Shown: positions 52,101-63,646, counted from the stretch's first letter. The stretch is DNA of 64,000 nt from Raillietiella orientalis (GCA_036172245.1 JAYWIR010000018.1:310001-374000), one strand, 5' to 3'. Program-made: numbers and translations. Notes: generated from the letters alone by a model not told the origin.

Positions 52101-55100
52101 ACGGCCTCATCCAGCACCAAAAGGACACAAACTTCGGATCTACCTGGGATTTACCGAAAGTTTCTATCGCGGCGGTGGCTCATGACGGAGGACCATTACC
52201 TGCATGACCACGACAGATCACTGAGAAGGAAGCGCTACCTCTCCCACTACCTGCTCCTGGACCGAGCTTCACGAGATCGCCGGTTGACAGCCGAGTCTAT
52301 AGCTTTCCGTTCTCTCTCTCTCCTCCATTCTCACTGCCACTATCGGCCTCGAGAAGCCTCCTAATTAGACCTGCTGGACTCCAGTCCCTTCTCGGTGTGA
52401 TGCTCGCTCGCTCTCATTTTCCTTGTTTTTTTTTTTTTGTTTTTCTCTCTCTCTCGGCATTGAATTCTTCCCGAGAACGGCACGCGCGCACGCGTCGGTT
52501 CTGAACACGAAGCAACTGAGAGAGAAAACGGTCATTCGTTTCCGCCCCCATCTGCTCGCTCCCCTCGTCGGGAAGGAGTCACTTACTTCTCGTCCTTCGA
52601 GACGATCCAAACTGGCTCCCTGGAAACACGGATGGGAAGATGCGATTGGATAACGATTCGAGGAGTCGCAAGCATTTAGCTAGGCGGGCGAGCACTTCTC
52701 GGAAACGCGACGAAGCAGAAGACGTCACGCACGTGGTACTGCAGCCGAAAGTTGTTCGTGCGCATCATGTGCGTTGCCCCGGACAACAGCATCAGCCTGC
52801 AACGCCGGATCCTCGCCAGAAGCAGCGCGTGTGAGAGAGGGATCCCGATCGCTCGCGGAAACCGATGCCGGGACGTCCTGAGCAGCCGCCGAGGGGGGAA
52901 GAGGAACCGCAGGCAGGACAGCGCTGCCGAACCGGACGCGTTTCGCGGTCAGCGCTCCCGGGCTGTCCTTGACTGGAAGGACAGCGAGGTGAGCACACGT
53001 GCACGTGAAGACAAGACAGAAAGCTACCTGCCAACAGGGGAGAATCGCGCGCGCCCCGGGGGAAACACGCACGTCCAGACCGGGAAAAGCTCAAGTTTCG
53101 AAGAACTTGCAGGGTCAAAAATCCCCGGTTTCTCGCAAAGGAATGAAAATTCAATTTTTGGAGAAGAGGGCCACATCGCAGTCCACCCCAGGAGATCGGT
53201 TCCTACCCTCATTTTACGTCCCCTTCCAGAGATAAGCACGGAAAACCCGATAAGCACGCAAAATGCTCCTTTGGATGGCGCAACTGGCGCCACGAACCGC
53301 CCTCGTGCATACTCCAATGACGGATCCCTTTCTTAGCATGACACCCACTTGCGAATTTTTTGTGGAAGTATCGGCTCCTCTCCTCCTCGCCACTTCCGGT
53401 CAAAATCCCGAAATGCCACAATCACCTGGGAGCCTTAGATATCAGTCTGGAAGGATATTCATCCAGCAAAACGAACCAACGGCAATGACGCTATTTTTAA
53501 TCTGTTTTTTCTTGCGCATGGCAATCGATGGAGCTCTGGTGTGGCCTCTCTCTCCCTCTCTTTCTCCAGTGCACACGCTAGCCTCGCATGCACGCGAATC
53601 CCGTTTTATCTCCCATGACTTATCCTGCCCGACAACGACCCCCCCTCCCCGCTCGACACGTTCAAAAATACAACAAAACAATGCTGCTGAGGTCACTGTA
53701 AATCATTTTTTTTTTTTCTTTCCCTCTTTCTTTGTTTCTGCCTTCTCCGCTGTTCTTCCCTTCCGTTACTTTCATCGCCTCTTCCGATGTCGCGACCTCG
53801 AAATATCCGATTCTTCCTACGATTTGAGCTGCGGCATTTCGTCAGTTCCAACTGTGGTCCCCCCCCCCTTCCCCCCCCCGCTGGGAGCATGTGGAAGCGG
53901 ATGCAAGGTCACGGAACCTGACTCGGGGAACTCGAATCGATAAGTTCACCGCGAATTTCGTTTTCTTTCAAACAGGTAAAAAATCGCGGCAGTGAAAAAA
54001 ACTTCCGGCAGCATCCAACACAAAATGAAGGAACGATACGTAAGCGACTTTTTTAAAAATCAGGGCTTCCGAAGCTTTCGCATGGAAGAAAAAAAAAAAG
54101 GAGGGATTACGACGAAGTAGGGGGATACAGGTAACAAGGAGGGAGTTTGCAGGGACCGATTAGCCGATGCTATCCACTGATAAAAATACTGGAAACTTTT
54201 AGTAGAGATGCCCTACGTAACGCAACTCTTCCAACAACGAACAGAAAAGAGGGGAGGGGGAAATGAGAATGACAATTCTTTCGTTACCTCAGCCTTTTCC
54301 GATGCATCACTCGTCTCGTGGGCATGATCTGGAGGAGTGTGTTGCTTCAGAGATGTATCCTCCGGACAGCCTTCCAGAGTGAACACACCATGCAAAGTAG
54401 GGCTTTCATTTGCTTTTACAGTGGCAGAAAGCTGAGACTCTTCAGCATAGATTGGACTGCGGATATCCTTAGAGAGGCAAGGCGATGTACCATAGATTAC
54501 CGACCGAACGTCCTCTTGGGAGCAATCGTCTTTATTTTCAGGTTCTTTATCTGTTTCATCAGCTTCAGTAAACTCAGTATTTGATTTGTCATTACGTGAA
54601 ATGGAAACGGATACACCCTCGTCAACATCTTGGTCACGATCGCAGGGTAGATCGTCGAATCGAACCTGTTTCTCTTCGGAGGAGCACGTGCCTTCAATCT
54701 GAGACGCAGAGGGTGTGGGAGCCGACGTCTGTGGCACGTCTTCGATGCCTGTGGTGGCTCCCGAATGCAAACCCGACGGCGCGCCTTGAACCGGGCTTTC
54801 CTGCAGAGCCACCGGCGATGACGCATCGCCTGCCTCCGCACTGCCCAGGTCGGACGGAGGGCTGAATTCTTTCAAATCTGCACGATCCTCACGTTTTCCC
54901 TTCTCCTGAAGTACATTTTCCAAAGCACGTTCGAGTTCGGCGTTTCCGGGTTTCCCAGGTTTTTCCGGAAGGATGCTGTCCGTGGCCAGGGGTTGCCCGG
55001 GTTCTCCCGTCTGCGGGCTCGTTTCACACACGGAAGCCTGCTCGCCGGAGACTTCCGAATTTTCGATTTTCACGAAGTCACTGGACGAATTCGAACTCGG

Positions 55101-55202
55101 GATGCTGCTCGTTTCCGCACCGCTGGTCACGGAAAAAAGATCGTCGTCTTTGCTCCTGTCGCCGTTGGGCGCTTCCGCGTTGTCTCGGAGGATCGTCGTC
55201 AT
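40164..55202 (-). CDS. Reticulon (RTN/Rtnl1-like), long isoform with an acidic disordered N-terminus and C-terminal RHD
   Basis: RHD exons 40915-40705 (VLDLIYWR..LLLSLMFFSVISVFAY..VQKK), 40659-40451 (LFL..DS..LLWCLTYIGHWFNGLTLL), 40390-40285 (LFTLPKAYDNNK) and 40224-40164 (..KKAKDEEKKEQ*). Upstream exons 55202-54288 (305 aa, phase 0) and 46536-46260 (phase 0 to 1) are frame-compatible with the RHD exon. The RHD call is firm; linking the upstream exons is inference. Confidence 0.85.
43093..43125 (-). CDS. 33-nt frame-preserving microexon of the reticulon gene
   Basis: ttttag|AATGCTGGTCCCTGCAGTTTCTGCCTCAACCAG|gtaac on -. Phase 1-1; gives ECWSLQFLPQP-V-LDLIYWR when joined to the RHD exon. Confidence 0.55.
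43503..43551. repeat. A-rich/poly(A) tract
   Basis: gagaagaaaagaaaagaaaaaa...aaaa is seen directly. Confidence 0.85.
47330..49250 (+). mobile_element. Decayed Ty3/gypsy pol relic (RT to integrase) in a reticulon intron
   Basis: ILVMVVKN..ISREDAFSV..TTLDQV..RIFP (RT N-terminus); PPRDLYAF..CYHR; VDGIIY; RECFIIW..KACDS (HHCC); HSDKGA..QQSCKNQG (cf. HSDQGxxF..xCKxxGI). Confidence 0.55.
49975..50003 (+). mobile_element. Primer-binding-site-like sequence (complement of a tRNA 3' end including CCA and T-arm)
   Basis: TGGCGTCCCCACGTGGGGATTCGAACCCG. Its reverse complement, CGGGTTCGAATCCCCACGTGGGGACGCCA, resembles the tRNA-Lys(CTT) 3' end; compare the Lys PBS TGGCGCCCAACGTGGGGC. Confidence 0.55.
50200..51750 (+). 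mobile_element. Decayed Ty3/gypsy RT end-RNase H-integrase relic
   Basis: LEWKNYC; LPVILKDF/NEKPMVVE..NIGGCFW* (cf. PVLxxPDFxKPFVVETDASxxGIGAVLxQ); PAE*R..ECL; QKPQWL..GLLPRWII; HCQQ; WER; IPVDAL; VPRATD; FWTTVGIRQ. Confidence 0.5.
52650..53320 (-). mobile_element. Decayed gypsy integrase relic
   Basis: VRGASCAIQR; FCLVFT..AVLPVKD..TAKR; VPASVSASDRDPSLT (cf. GVPESIVSDRDPRFT); LSAA/YH. Confidence 0.45.
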
Positions 55203-55875
55203 TTTCTCTCCACTGCCGGATCGGATTTGCCTGACACGGGAAAGGGCTGCGCCCGAAGGGGGTGACCGTCGTCGTCGCCTGAGCTTCCGAACGCAAACAA
55301 CAACAACAACGACAACACTCGGTACGGAAACAGCTGATCTGCCTGGCCAACGACGCACGAAACGCACCTACGAAAGAACGTTGCTGTGTGCTTACCCGTT
55401 CTTGGCGGCGGTAGGCAGCAGCAGCAGCAGCAGCCTCTTCTGCGCACAAGCAGTCCCGCGGATTGCCAAATCGGTCGTTCCGTGCCGGTTGGCGTGTGCA
55501 TCCGGTGTTACCATTTCCAGCATGGCCTCCCGCTGGAAACCGACGGCCGACTCCCGCGAGGACGCCCTGCCCCATGTAACTCCAATATAAGTATTATACA
55601 CAATCGGTCGCTCGCGGAAAAGAGTAGACGGAGATGGAATACAGTAATCACGAAATCATACCTTCCGTGATCCGTGTGCTCAGCCTCCCCAGTCTTACGT
55701 GTACGAACACAAGGGTTCGAAGACTGTATGTAAAATTGCAACTTGCGCAAGGCTATGCCCGAATAATAAGTTGCCCGAATGTAAATACCCACAGCTGAAG
55801 TAAACTTATTCTTAGGAATCGGAAAATGATTTGCGAGTCTTACGTATCCGTTTACGTGCATCGTTTCATACAAAA
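55203..55875. promoter_or_regulatory. Probable bidirectional promoter between the reticulon long isoform (-) and SPTLC2 (+)
   Basis: Divergent start codons at 55202 and 55876; CpG-containing spacer with short CAA/CAG repeats. Inferred from geometry. Confidence 0.5.
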
Positions 55876-57769
55876 ATGTTCGCTGATTTATTGTTTCTCA
55901 AGAGAATGAAAACAAATTTGTGCCGTTTCCATGAGAGTTTGTTTCAGAAGTCCGGGAGTTGCAGTCCACAGCATTCGGTCAAACAGAAACATGTTGAATC
56001 TTATGAAGAACCATCACTTTGGGTGGCATTCTTTACATATGTTGGTTATGGTGTTCTAGTCTTAGTTGGCTACATTTGGGAGTGCTTGAGAACTCTCCAT
56101 CTAGTATCTTGCCCATGTAATTCAGAAAAAAATCGTGAGGTCTGTTGAATATTCTTTCATACAATAAATGAATTCGCTGATTTCCAATCTCAGGGTTATA
56201 CACCCTTGTATAGTGGTTTCGAAAATTTCTATACTCAGTGGATATATCGAAGAGTGCAGGATTGTTGGAATCGTCCAATTTGTTCTGTTCCTGGTGGTGA
56301 AGTAGTGCTGCAAGACAGGATATCCCCTGATAATGGATGGACCCTATTTCCAACAGGGACCACAACTAAGTGCATCAATATGGCTTCTTACAATTATCTC
56401 AGTTTTGCTGAGCGTGAAGGCAGCTGTGCAGATAGTGTACAGGAATCCATTGCTCAGTATGGCATTCATGTAGGAAGTAGTCATCAGGAATTTGGTGAGC
56501 ATCATGAGGTTGCCTGATTTTGTGATTCGGCAGTGGAATAGGATGCCACAGCATTCATCAACAACTGGAGAAAAAATGGGCTGATTTCTTAGGTGTTGAG
56601 GATGCAATGATTTTTGGTATGGGATTTGCCACCAATTCCATGAATATGCCCATTCTGATGGGACCTGGCTCCCTTATCCTTAGTGATCAACAAAACCATG
56701 CATCTTTGATATTGGGTGCTCGACTTTCAGGTGCTTCCATCCAGGTTTTCCGTCATAATGGTGGGTGGAGCACATTAGGAAAACTGTAACTCTCTGTAGA
56801 CATGGCAAATCTGGAAAAAAAACTGAGAGAGGCGGTGGTACGAGGTCAACCACGCACAAGACGTCCATGGAAAAAGATTCTCATTGTTGTAGAAGGTGTG
56901 TACAGCATGGAAGGATCAGTGTGTCCTTTACCCAAATTGCTTGAACTTAAGAAGAAATACAAGGTGCGTTTTCTGTGAGGAAATCATTTCTAATGAATGC
57001 ATCAAGGCATATGTGTACCTGGATGAAGCTCACAGCATAGGCGCTATGGGTTCCACTGGTCGGGGAATTACAGAATATTGGGGATGTAATCCACGAGATA
57101 TAGATGTACTCATGGGTACATTTACCAAGAGCTTTGCTTCAGCAGGAGGCTACATTGCTGGGTCTAAGGTAAGGATTGAATGGAATCTGTTTTATTGTTT
57201 CTAGTCCTTGATTCAATATGTACGGACCCATTCACACAGTTCTTGCTATGCTACAAGCGTCAGTCCTCCAATAGCACAGCAAGCATTAGCTGCTGTCATT
57301 GCCATTGACAGTACAGAAGATGGGAAGAAGCGTTTGAAGCAGCTACATGACAATGTAACTTACTTTCGTACTAGATTGCAGAAGATGGGCTTTATTTTGT
57401 ACGGACACCCAGATTCTCCTGTTGTGCCCATTCTAATTTATATGCCAGCAAAGCTTGCGTATGCTATCTTTTCTTTGTTGTCTGTACTAATGTTTGCACA
57501 GAGCATTTGTCAGGATTTTGACACAATTAGGTATTGCCACAGTGTCTGTGGGCTTTCCTGCCACTTCCATCCTGGCTGGAAGAGCTAGATTGTGTTTATC
57601 GAGTGGGCACTCTTACCAGCAACTGGATCAGGTACTTGAAGCTTCAAATTATCTCAAGCTGACCAAACATTCTTAGGCCCTAGAAGCTCTGGACCACATT
57701 GGAGATCTTATTCAAATCAAGTACTCAGCGAAAAATCGAAAAAGCAAAAATAATGTTCACCGGAAATAA
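55876..57769 (+). CDS. SPTLC2: Serine palmitoyltransferase catalytic subunit LCB2 (SPTLC2/3; lace), multi-exon
   Basis: [123 protein letters not shown] (PLP lysine); VGFPAT; last exon 57677-57769 [19 protein letters not shown]. The start could instead be the ATG at ~55906. Confidence 0.96.
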
Positions 57770-57850
57770 TGAACTTTTGTGTGAAATTCTTGTTGGGGAT
57801 AAGAAAGGGGATAGTACCGAAAGGCATGCATTGCTTCATTTTTTTTTTAG

Positions 57851-60800
57851 GGTGTGGATGTTGGTATTCCCTCTTTACTGCAGAAGCTGTGTGACCAGCT
57901 GGTTGGCACTGGATTGCCACAAAGCAGGCAAAAACAGCTTCGCTCTAAAGCATTCGAGCTGCTATTTAGTCATGTGCGCATTTCAGGTATGCAAGCTTTG
58001 TTTTCCTAAATGAACCTGGTTTGCAGAAAATAGCAAGGATACATTGCCAGTATCCTGTCAACTGTTAGGCTGGATCTTAAAACTCCACATGCATGGATAT
58101 CAAATAGAAGCTCAGAAACTACAGACCTGTGTGAGCCACATGAGTCTCAGTGATGACTTGGAGCCAGTCTTGGTTCTTCTTCTGACCCTTGCTCACAAGA
58201 AGTTTATCGATCAAACTACTTGCACTCCAGACAAATATCAACAAACATTGTTTCAAAACAGCAAACAGACAGTCATTCAGTTTCCCATCTTCCCATCAAT
58301 TATCTTTGATCTCAGTTTGTCTCATCCAGAGCTCCAAATTAATCCCAGAGCAACTTTACCTGTTCTCTCACATCCCCAGTTTTTTGTGTCTTTTCAAAAG
58401 AGTCAGTTATTCTTTGCTGAAGATAATCCTTCCTTGTTTAGGCCACATGAGATTCCAGCTAGAAGCATTCCTTTTGGACATATAAAACAGCCCTGGGATT
58501 TTCCTCAGGATCCCATTAACAGTTTGACATCTCCATATTGCTCAGAAGTTGGAGAGAAAGTGGTGCACTGCTTATGGGCACTTGCCTCTTCAGTGCTCAC
58601 TCCTGAAAAAAGCCTTCCGCCACTCCACCTCATTTCTGAGAAGCATATGTTGCAGAGCATTCAGCATGCTTTGCTAGGTGTTCCATCAGTCTGCTTCTTT
58701 ATTAACAAGGTTGGTTCTTCTGCTTCTTGTGTATTAATACTTGAACCGATCAAGTCAGGAGAGCTGCAAAGTTACCATCGAATTACCCTCTCTTGTATTA
58801 GTCCAGAAGCAATAAAAGAACTGCTGAATGATGTTGCTACCGTTGGTAATGCGTATTTGCGCATTCATGCCAGTTTCAACAGTGTTGCATTTTTGAACTT
58901 AACCAGACAAGCATTTTGTCAAGCTTTGCGTGTAGTGATGGATGTTTATCATCATTTTCTCATCTTTTCCACCCAAGTGCCATCAGTGCTATGTTGGCCG
59001 AGTATCCTTGCCCCCATGAAGAACTTGTTGCATCCTTTGGCACGTTTATGTCGTAACAGCACACTTGTATCAAATAGCATTCAATTAATCAACCTATTAT
59101 ATGAGTGGGCTCAAGATATGGTGGATGAACCCTTGCAATGTTTGGCTCGGTTCCTCTTAACTGCTACCCTACAACCATATTTCAGGTTTGTGCTCTTTGT
59201 GCTGGAATGTAAATTTTGTAGATTCGTGGAAAAATGGATTTTCAAAGGTATCCTTGAAGATCCCCATCAAGAATTTGGGATTAAACAGTGTCAAGAGCAG
59301 CTGTCTGCTAGAGACGAAACATATTGGACAGCCTCTTTCCTGTTGGAGGAGCAGTTTGAGAAGGAGGCTCCAAACTTTTTAAAACCTCTTCTGACTGCTG
59401 TTCTCAACTGTGGAAAAAACATAAATTTTCTGCGGTGCTGTGACCTTGAGGTACTAATATTTCCTTACAGTGATCGTGATCGTTATGAGCTTTAGCATCC
59501 ATTGTGCCAAACAGATGGAATTAAACATCCTTCCTTAATTTTCCCACTTGAATTTGGGCAGTGCACTCAGTTGCAGATGAATACCACGCAATACTTCCAA
59601 AATATGAAAGCTGTTGCCTTCAAGAAACTGCTAAAATTAGGAGAAATACTAAAGGAAGAACGAGAGAAAGAGGAACAGAGATGCAAATCATTGTATTTAT
59701 GCCAGCAGGAGACACTCAGACGGCTAACAGGTGAACTGGATGACTTACATACATTGGATAATAAGAAAGAACAGAAAAGAAAAAGGAAGAAATGCTACAA
59801 AAGCAGAAAACCTATCAAAGACTGTGTAACCAGTTAAATGCGAGCAGCAAGAATGAATTGAGGATTAATGAAGTCTTCAAAACACTACGTGATTACAAAG
59901 CAAGAATGGAAAACGAGAAAATTCAGAAACAATTAGCAGCACAGGAGACACAAGATTTAATAACCAAGTAGGGCATGGGGAATGTATGTTTTCCACTAGC
60001 ATTTATTCAGATACAAATTAAAATTACATTATGACCAATTATTAATGGCAAGTGATGACACTCAGAAGAAAACGGAATGGTTACTGCAGCGTGCATGTTT
60101 ACATGAGAAAAGAGCCATGCTTTTACAAGAAGATATCCATAAGCTTCAAATGATCACAAATCCCATTATTGTAAATGAAAAAGAGAATGTCACCATGGAC
60201 ACTGAAGTTTATGTTGAGAGTTCTTTGAATGTGGTAGAAGTCCTTGAACAAGAAGAAACTTTTAGTTCCACTAAGGCTGCAGATGCAAAGCTAGAAGCAC
60301 AGATTTCAAATATTGATGCATCACCAAAACAAGTGAATTCAGCCAAAGGATTACAAAAAATAAATGATTCTTGCCAGAAAAATAATGTTCAGCTTGCTTG
60401 GCCAGTGGCAGAATGTGATGCACAATTGATCATGGAATCAGGTTTCCTAGGTGAGAAAGCAAGTTCTTAAATCAGATTTTTTTTTTTTTTTTGCTTTGTT
60501 TTTAGAACATCCCCTGTTCAAAGACAAAAGTAAAGGTCATTTCAACAATCTCCAAAAGCCACTATGCCCTCTGGATCCATGGTTAGGGAAGACACTGAGC
60601 ATTCCACTCATCAATCAGTAGGAGTTCCTTGTATTTAACATTTTTCTTTATGTCAGTCTTTAGGTTGGAAATGGCTAACTGTGGTGCTCTAGCTTATTTA
60701 TGGAAAGATTGCCAGCTCTTAAAGCAATTTCAAATGCTGCACAATTTTCTGCTACTTCAAGATGGCCCATTTGCTCATATGTTGATTGTTAGTTTGTTCT

Positions 60801-61731
60801 CTCAGGTAACATAAACAAGATCCTTCCTCTGAGTTAATCCCAAGTAGTTTCATCAAATACAATCCCCCAATGAACTACTCTACCCACCTATGCTAGCAGC
60901 TGTCTTGGATAAGGCATTGGATGCCTCCATTCACAAGCAAAGCCAGTACTGTCAACTGCTAGGCTTTCGGCTACGTTCTCAATCCCCAGAGCCAAACTGT
61001 ACCCAAATGTCCTTGTTAAATTATTTAGAACTAGTCTACATGCCACCTTGGCCAGTGAATTTAGTCTTGATTTCAGAAACAATAGAACAGTACAGCAAAG
61101 TTTTTACTTTTTTACTACAATTACACTATAGTTTGTTTTCCCTACAGCAAGCAGCATGCAAATTACAGCGACAACATGCAGCTAATATCATGTTGAAGCG
61201 TTTATCTCTATTTCGCTGGCATATGAATCATTTTGTAAGCACATTACTAAATTACACCCTGCAGCAAGTTGTGGAAGTCAAATGGGTGCACTTTCTTCAT
61301 CAGCTAACTGATCAAGTCCACAGTATAGATGATCTCAAGAAAGCTCATTCTATACACATTGCATCGATCAAAAAAGGGTAAACAAACAATATAGACAGCA
61401 TTCATAATTTTTTCTAGGTGCCTGCTTCATGACACAGCATCAGTGATCTCCAGACTTATCCTGTCTGCTCTTGAAAACATCCACAGCTTTTGTAATTACA
61501 TCTGTGGTACCTCAGAGTGGCCATTTGCATCCACTCACTACTCACATTTGCAGCAGTTGTATGTGACTTTTCATAAATACGTAGATTATATTTATAAAGG
61601 TTAGTATTAAAAATTTTCAATTTGCATTTTTTGCCTTAGTTTTAAGCAAGTTAAGTCATGATTTTGGTGAATTACTTGTGCAGTTGGATTTCAATGGGTA
61701 CTATTCATCATGCAGCATGCTTAATGATTAA
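57851..61731 (+). CDS. TUBGCP6: Gamma-tubulin complex component 6, multi-exon; start codon unresolved
   Basis: Exon 57851-57986 GVDVGIPSLLQKLCDQL..LRSKAFELLF (cf. GCP6 N-terminus ITQLFDDLCEAL..LKKVAYNALF) is in phase, via the 40-nt intron 57987-58026, with ..HALLGVPSVCF..; QPYF/FVEKWIFKGILEDPHQEF; SARDETYWT..VLNCGKNINFLRCC; coiled-coil insert; HNFLLLQDGPFA; LELVYMPPWPVNLVL..YSKVFTFLLQL; C-terminal LLVQLDFNGYY. Confidence 0.9.
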
Positions 61732-61826
61732 TGTGCCAGAGTGGAGAAAATTGATGTTCAAAGTACCTGAAGTTTATAATTATCTAATAGTCTACTGTGT
61801 ATATTAGCAATTGCCCTATTCCATGC

Positions 61827-61894
61827 AATAAATTCTTTAAGCTTGTTTGCTGTTTATCAATTACTTGTAATGCTCCTTGTATAAATCATTTATT
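61827..61894. terminator. Convergent poly(A) signals of GCP6 (+, 61827-61832) and NAA38 (-, 61889-61894)
   Basis: AATAAA on + and TTTATT in the ~305 nt between the two stop codons. Confidence 0.5.
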
Positions 61895-62036
61895 TCTACT
61901 AACTATAATTCAACTATCTTTGAAATCCAAGAGGTGAGAAACAGTAACAAAAAGAGAAATGCACAGCACTATATTGACAGCAAATAGAGCAGTCCATTAG
62001 TCTTCTATTTACACAAAAATAAATGGAATCTGCATC

Positions 62037-63496
62037 CTACACAGTGGCAGTGATCCCATTTTCAAAATCATTACTGGTGAAGTTAGGATCACGTAAACTG
62101 ATGGACTGAACATGGATGCCAGGAATCATGACAAGCCCCAAAAACCTTGGTTCTTCTGAAATAATCATTCACCTGAATTCTGAATAAGCCACCCACCATT
62201 AATTGAGACAATTTCGGTGCAGCTCCCTAATATGATATTTCTGTCTCTGTCAGTGCACAAAAAGAAGCCTATAAGAATTCGCCCATCACTCATTTCAATC
62301 TTCATGCTTTGATTCAGCCAGCTCATTAGTTTTTGCACACCTTCACTTCTGACATGACTTTGATTCTGAAATGCATAAACTTCACTAAACATATTCTGAT
62401 ATGACTATGTAAAACAAAAACTGGTTGTTAAATATGATTGAAATGGGCTTTACATAAATGTCAGTGATAGTTAAAATCACTGCTGAAAGATGCTAAACAC
62501 ACAAATCAGCAAAAAACAGATTCTTCAGGAAATGAATGTGCGAACAAACGTGAAAAAACTGTATGTTTAACAAATTTCCATCTACGTGTCTTCCATGCTT
62601 GTATTATGTATGTTATTGGTTATCTACTTTGGAGTATAGGTACACTTTAGTCATCTTTCCAGCTCTGTCACATGCCATGTGTAAGCACAATTCATTTCTC
62701 TGGCAAGCACATTTTTTCCTTACAAGCTGAAAGCTTCATTTTTGCTTTTGCTTCCAAACTTTTAAATTGGGATGCGCATTTTGTCTGCTTGTGGTATTCA
62801 ATTCTTGGCTTTACCAAGACAATTTCCAGGTGCAGAAGATCTTGTAGAAAGTACATGAAGTCACTTTATTTTGTCCTTCATCTAACAGGCAAACCTTGCT
62901 ACACTGCAAATGGTAATGCATGCTGCTAAATATTACCATTTCTGTGAACCACCTTAATACATTTCAGAAGCAATGGAAGTCCTCACTAATATAAACGTCA
63001 ATGTACTGGGTACATGCTCTTGTTTCGCACTTAATTTGAATCAACACACAGCACGGTTACTGTGATTCAGGCATGTTGAAATTACTTTTCAAAATGATAA
63101 ACCAGACAGAATTCTAAGCTCTAAACAAAATTGTTTATGCATGCAAAATTTTTGCAAAATATCTTTGCGGAATGGCACCAGCACTCCTATCAATATTTAA
63201 CGAATGGACACTACATTGAGCAATTACTCAGAGAAGTACTTTCAGGATTCTTTTAGTACTAACGACGTGCTGCCACCTGCAATGAACAGAATCCCCCCTT
63301 TTAATGTAAAACGTGATTGTTTGCCCCCCCCCAAAAAAGCTAATGTAATCCACATTTTTGTAGCACTGAGGATGCTTACTTTTTCCTCCTCTTCTTCTTC
63401 ATCGTCAATTTTGGCAAGGGGAGCTAAAATATCAGATGGTCGCTTCAGGAGTTCAGTCAAGGTATCCACAGATTCCGAACACGAATTGCAGTCCAT
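62037..63496 (-). CDS. NAA38: NatC auxiliary subunit NAA38 (LSMD1/Mak31, Sm-like)
   Basis: Exon 62365-62197 KLMSWLNQSMKIEMSDGRILIGFFLCTDRDRNIILGSCTE; 41-nt intron; exon 62155-62037 EEPRFLGLVMIPGIHVQSI. Probable first exon 63496-63380 (MDCNSC..DDEEEEEEK|gtaagc, phase 0). Confidence 0.9.
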
Positions 63497-63520
63497 TCAC
63501 TTGTGTATTGCTGGTGCGTT

Positions 63521-63646
63521 TTACTTTTTCCCCAGAAGCTGTATAAGTTTTGTTATTATGTAATCGTAAGTCAAGAGAAACGGATACGCCAGCAATAAAT
63601 AGAAAATCGAAACACCTGCCACAACAGAAATTCCGGCCTTCAGCAT
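63521..63646 (-). CDS. Candidate 41-aa hydrophobic upstream ORF / small membrane peptide
   Basis: ACC-ATG context; MLKAGISVVAGVSIFYLLLAYPFLLTYDYIITKLIQLLGKK*; ends just upstream of the NAA38 ATG. No homologue recognised. Confidence 0.25.
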   Translation of the reverse strand: MLKAGISVVAGVSIFYLLLAYPFLLTYDYIITKLIQLLGKK

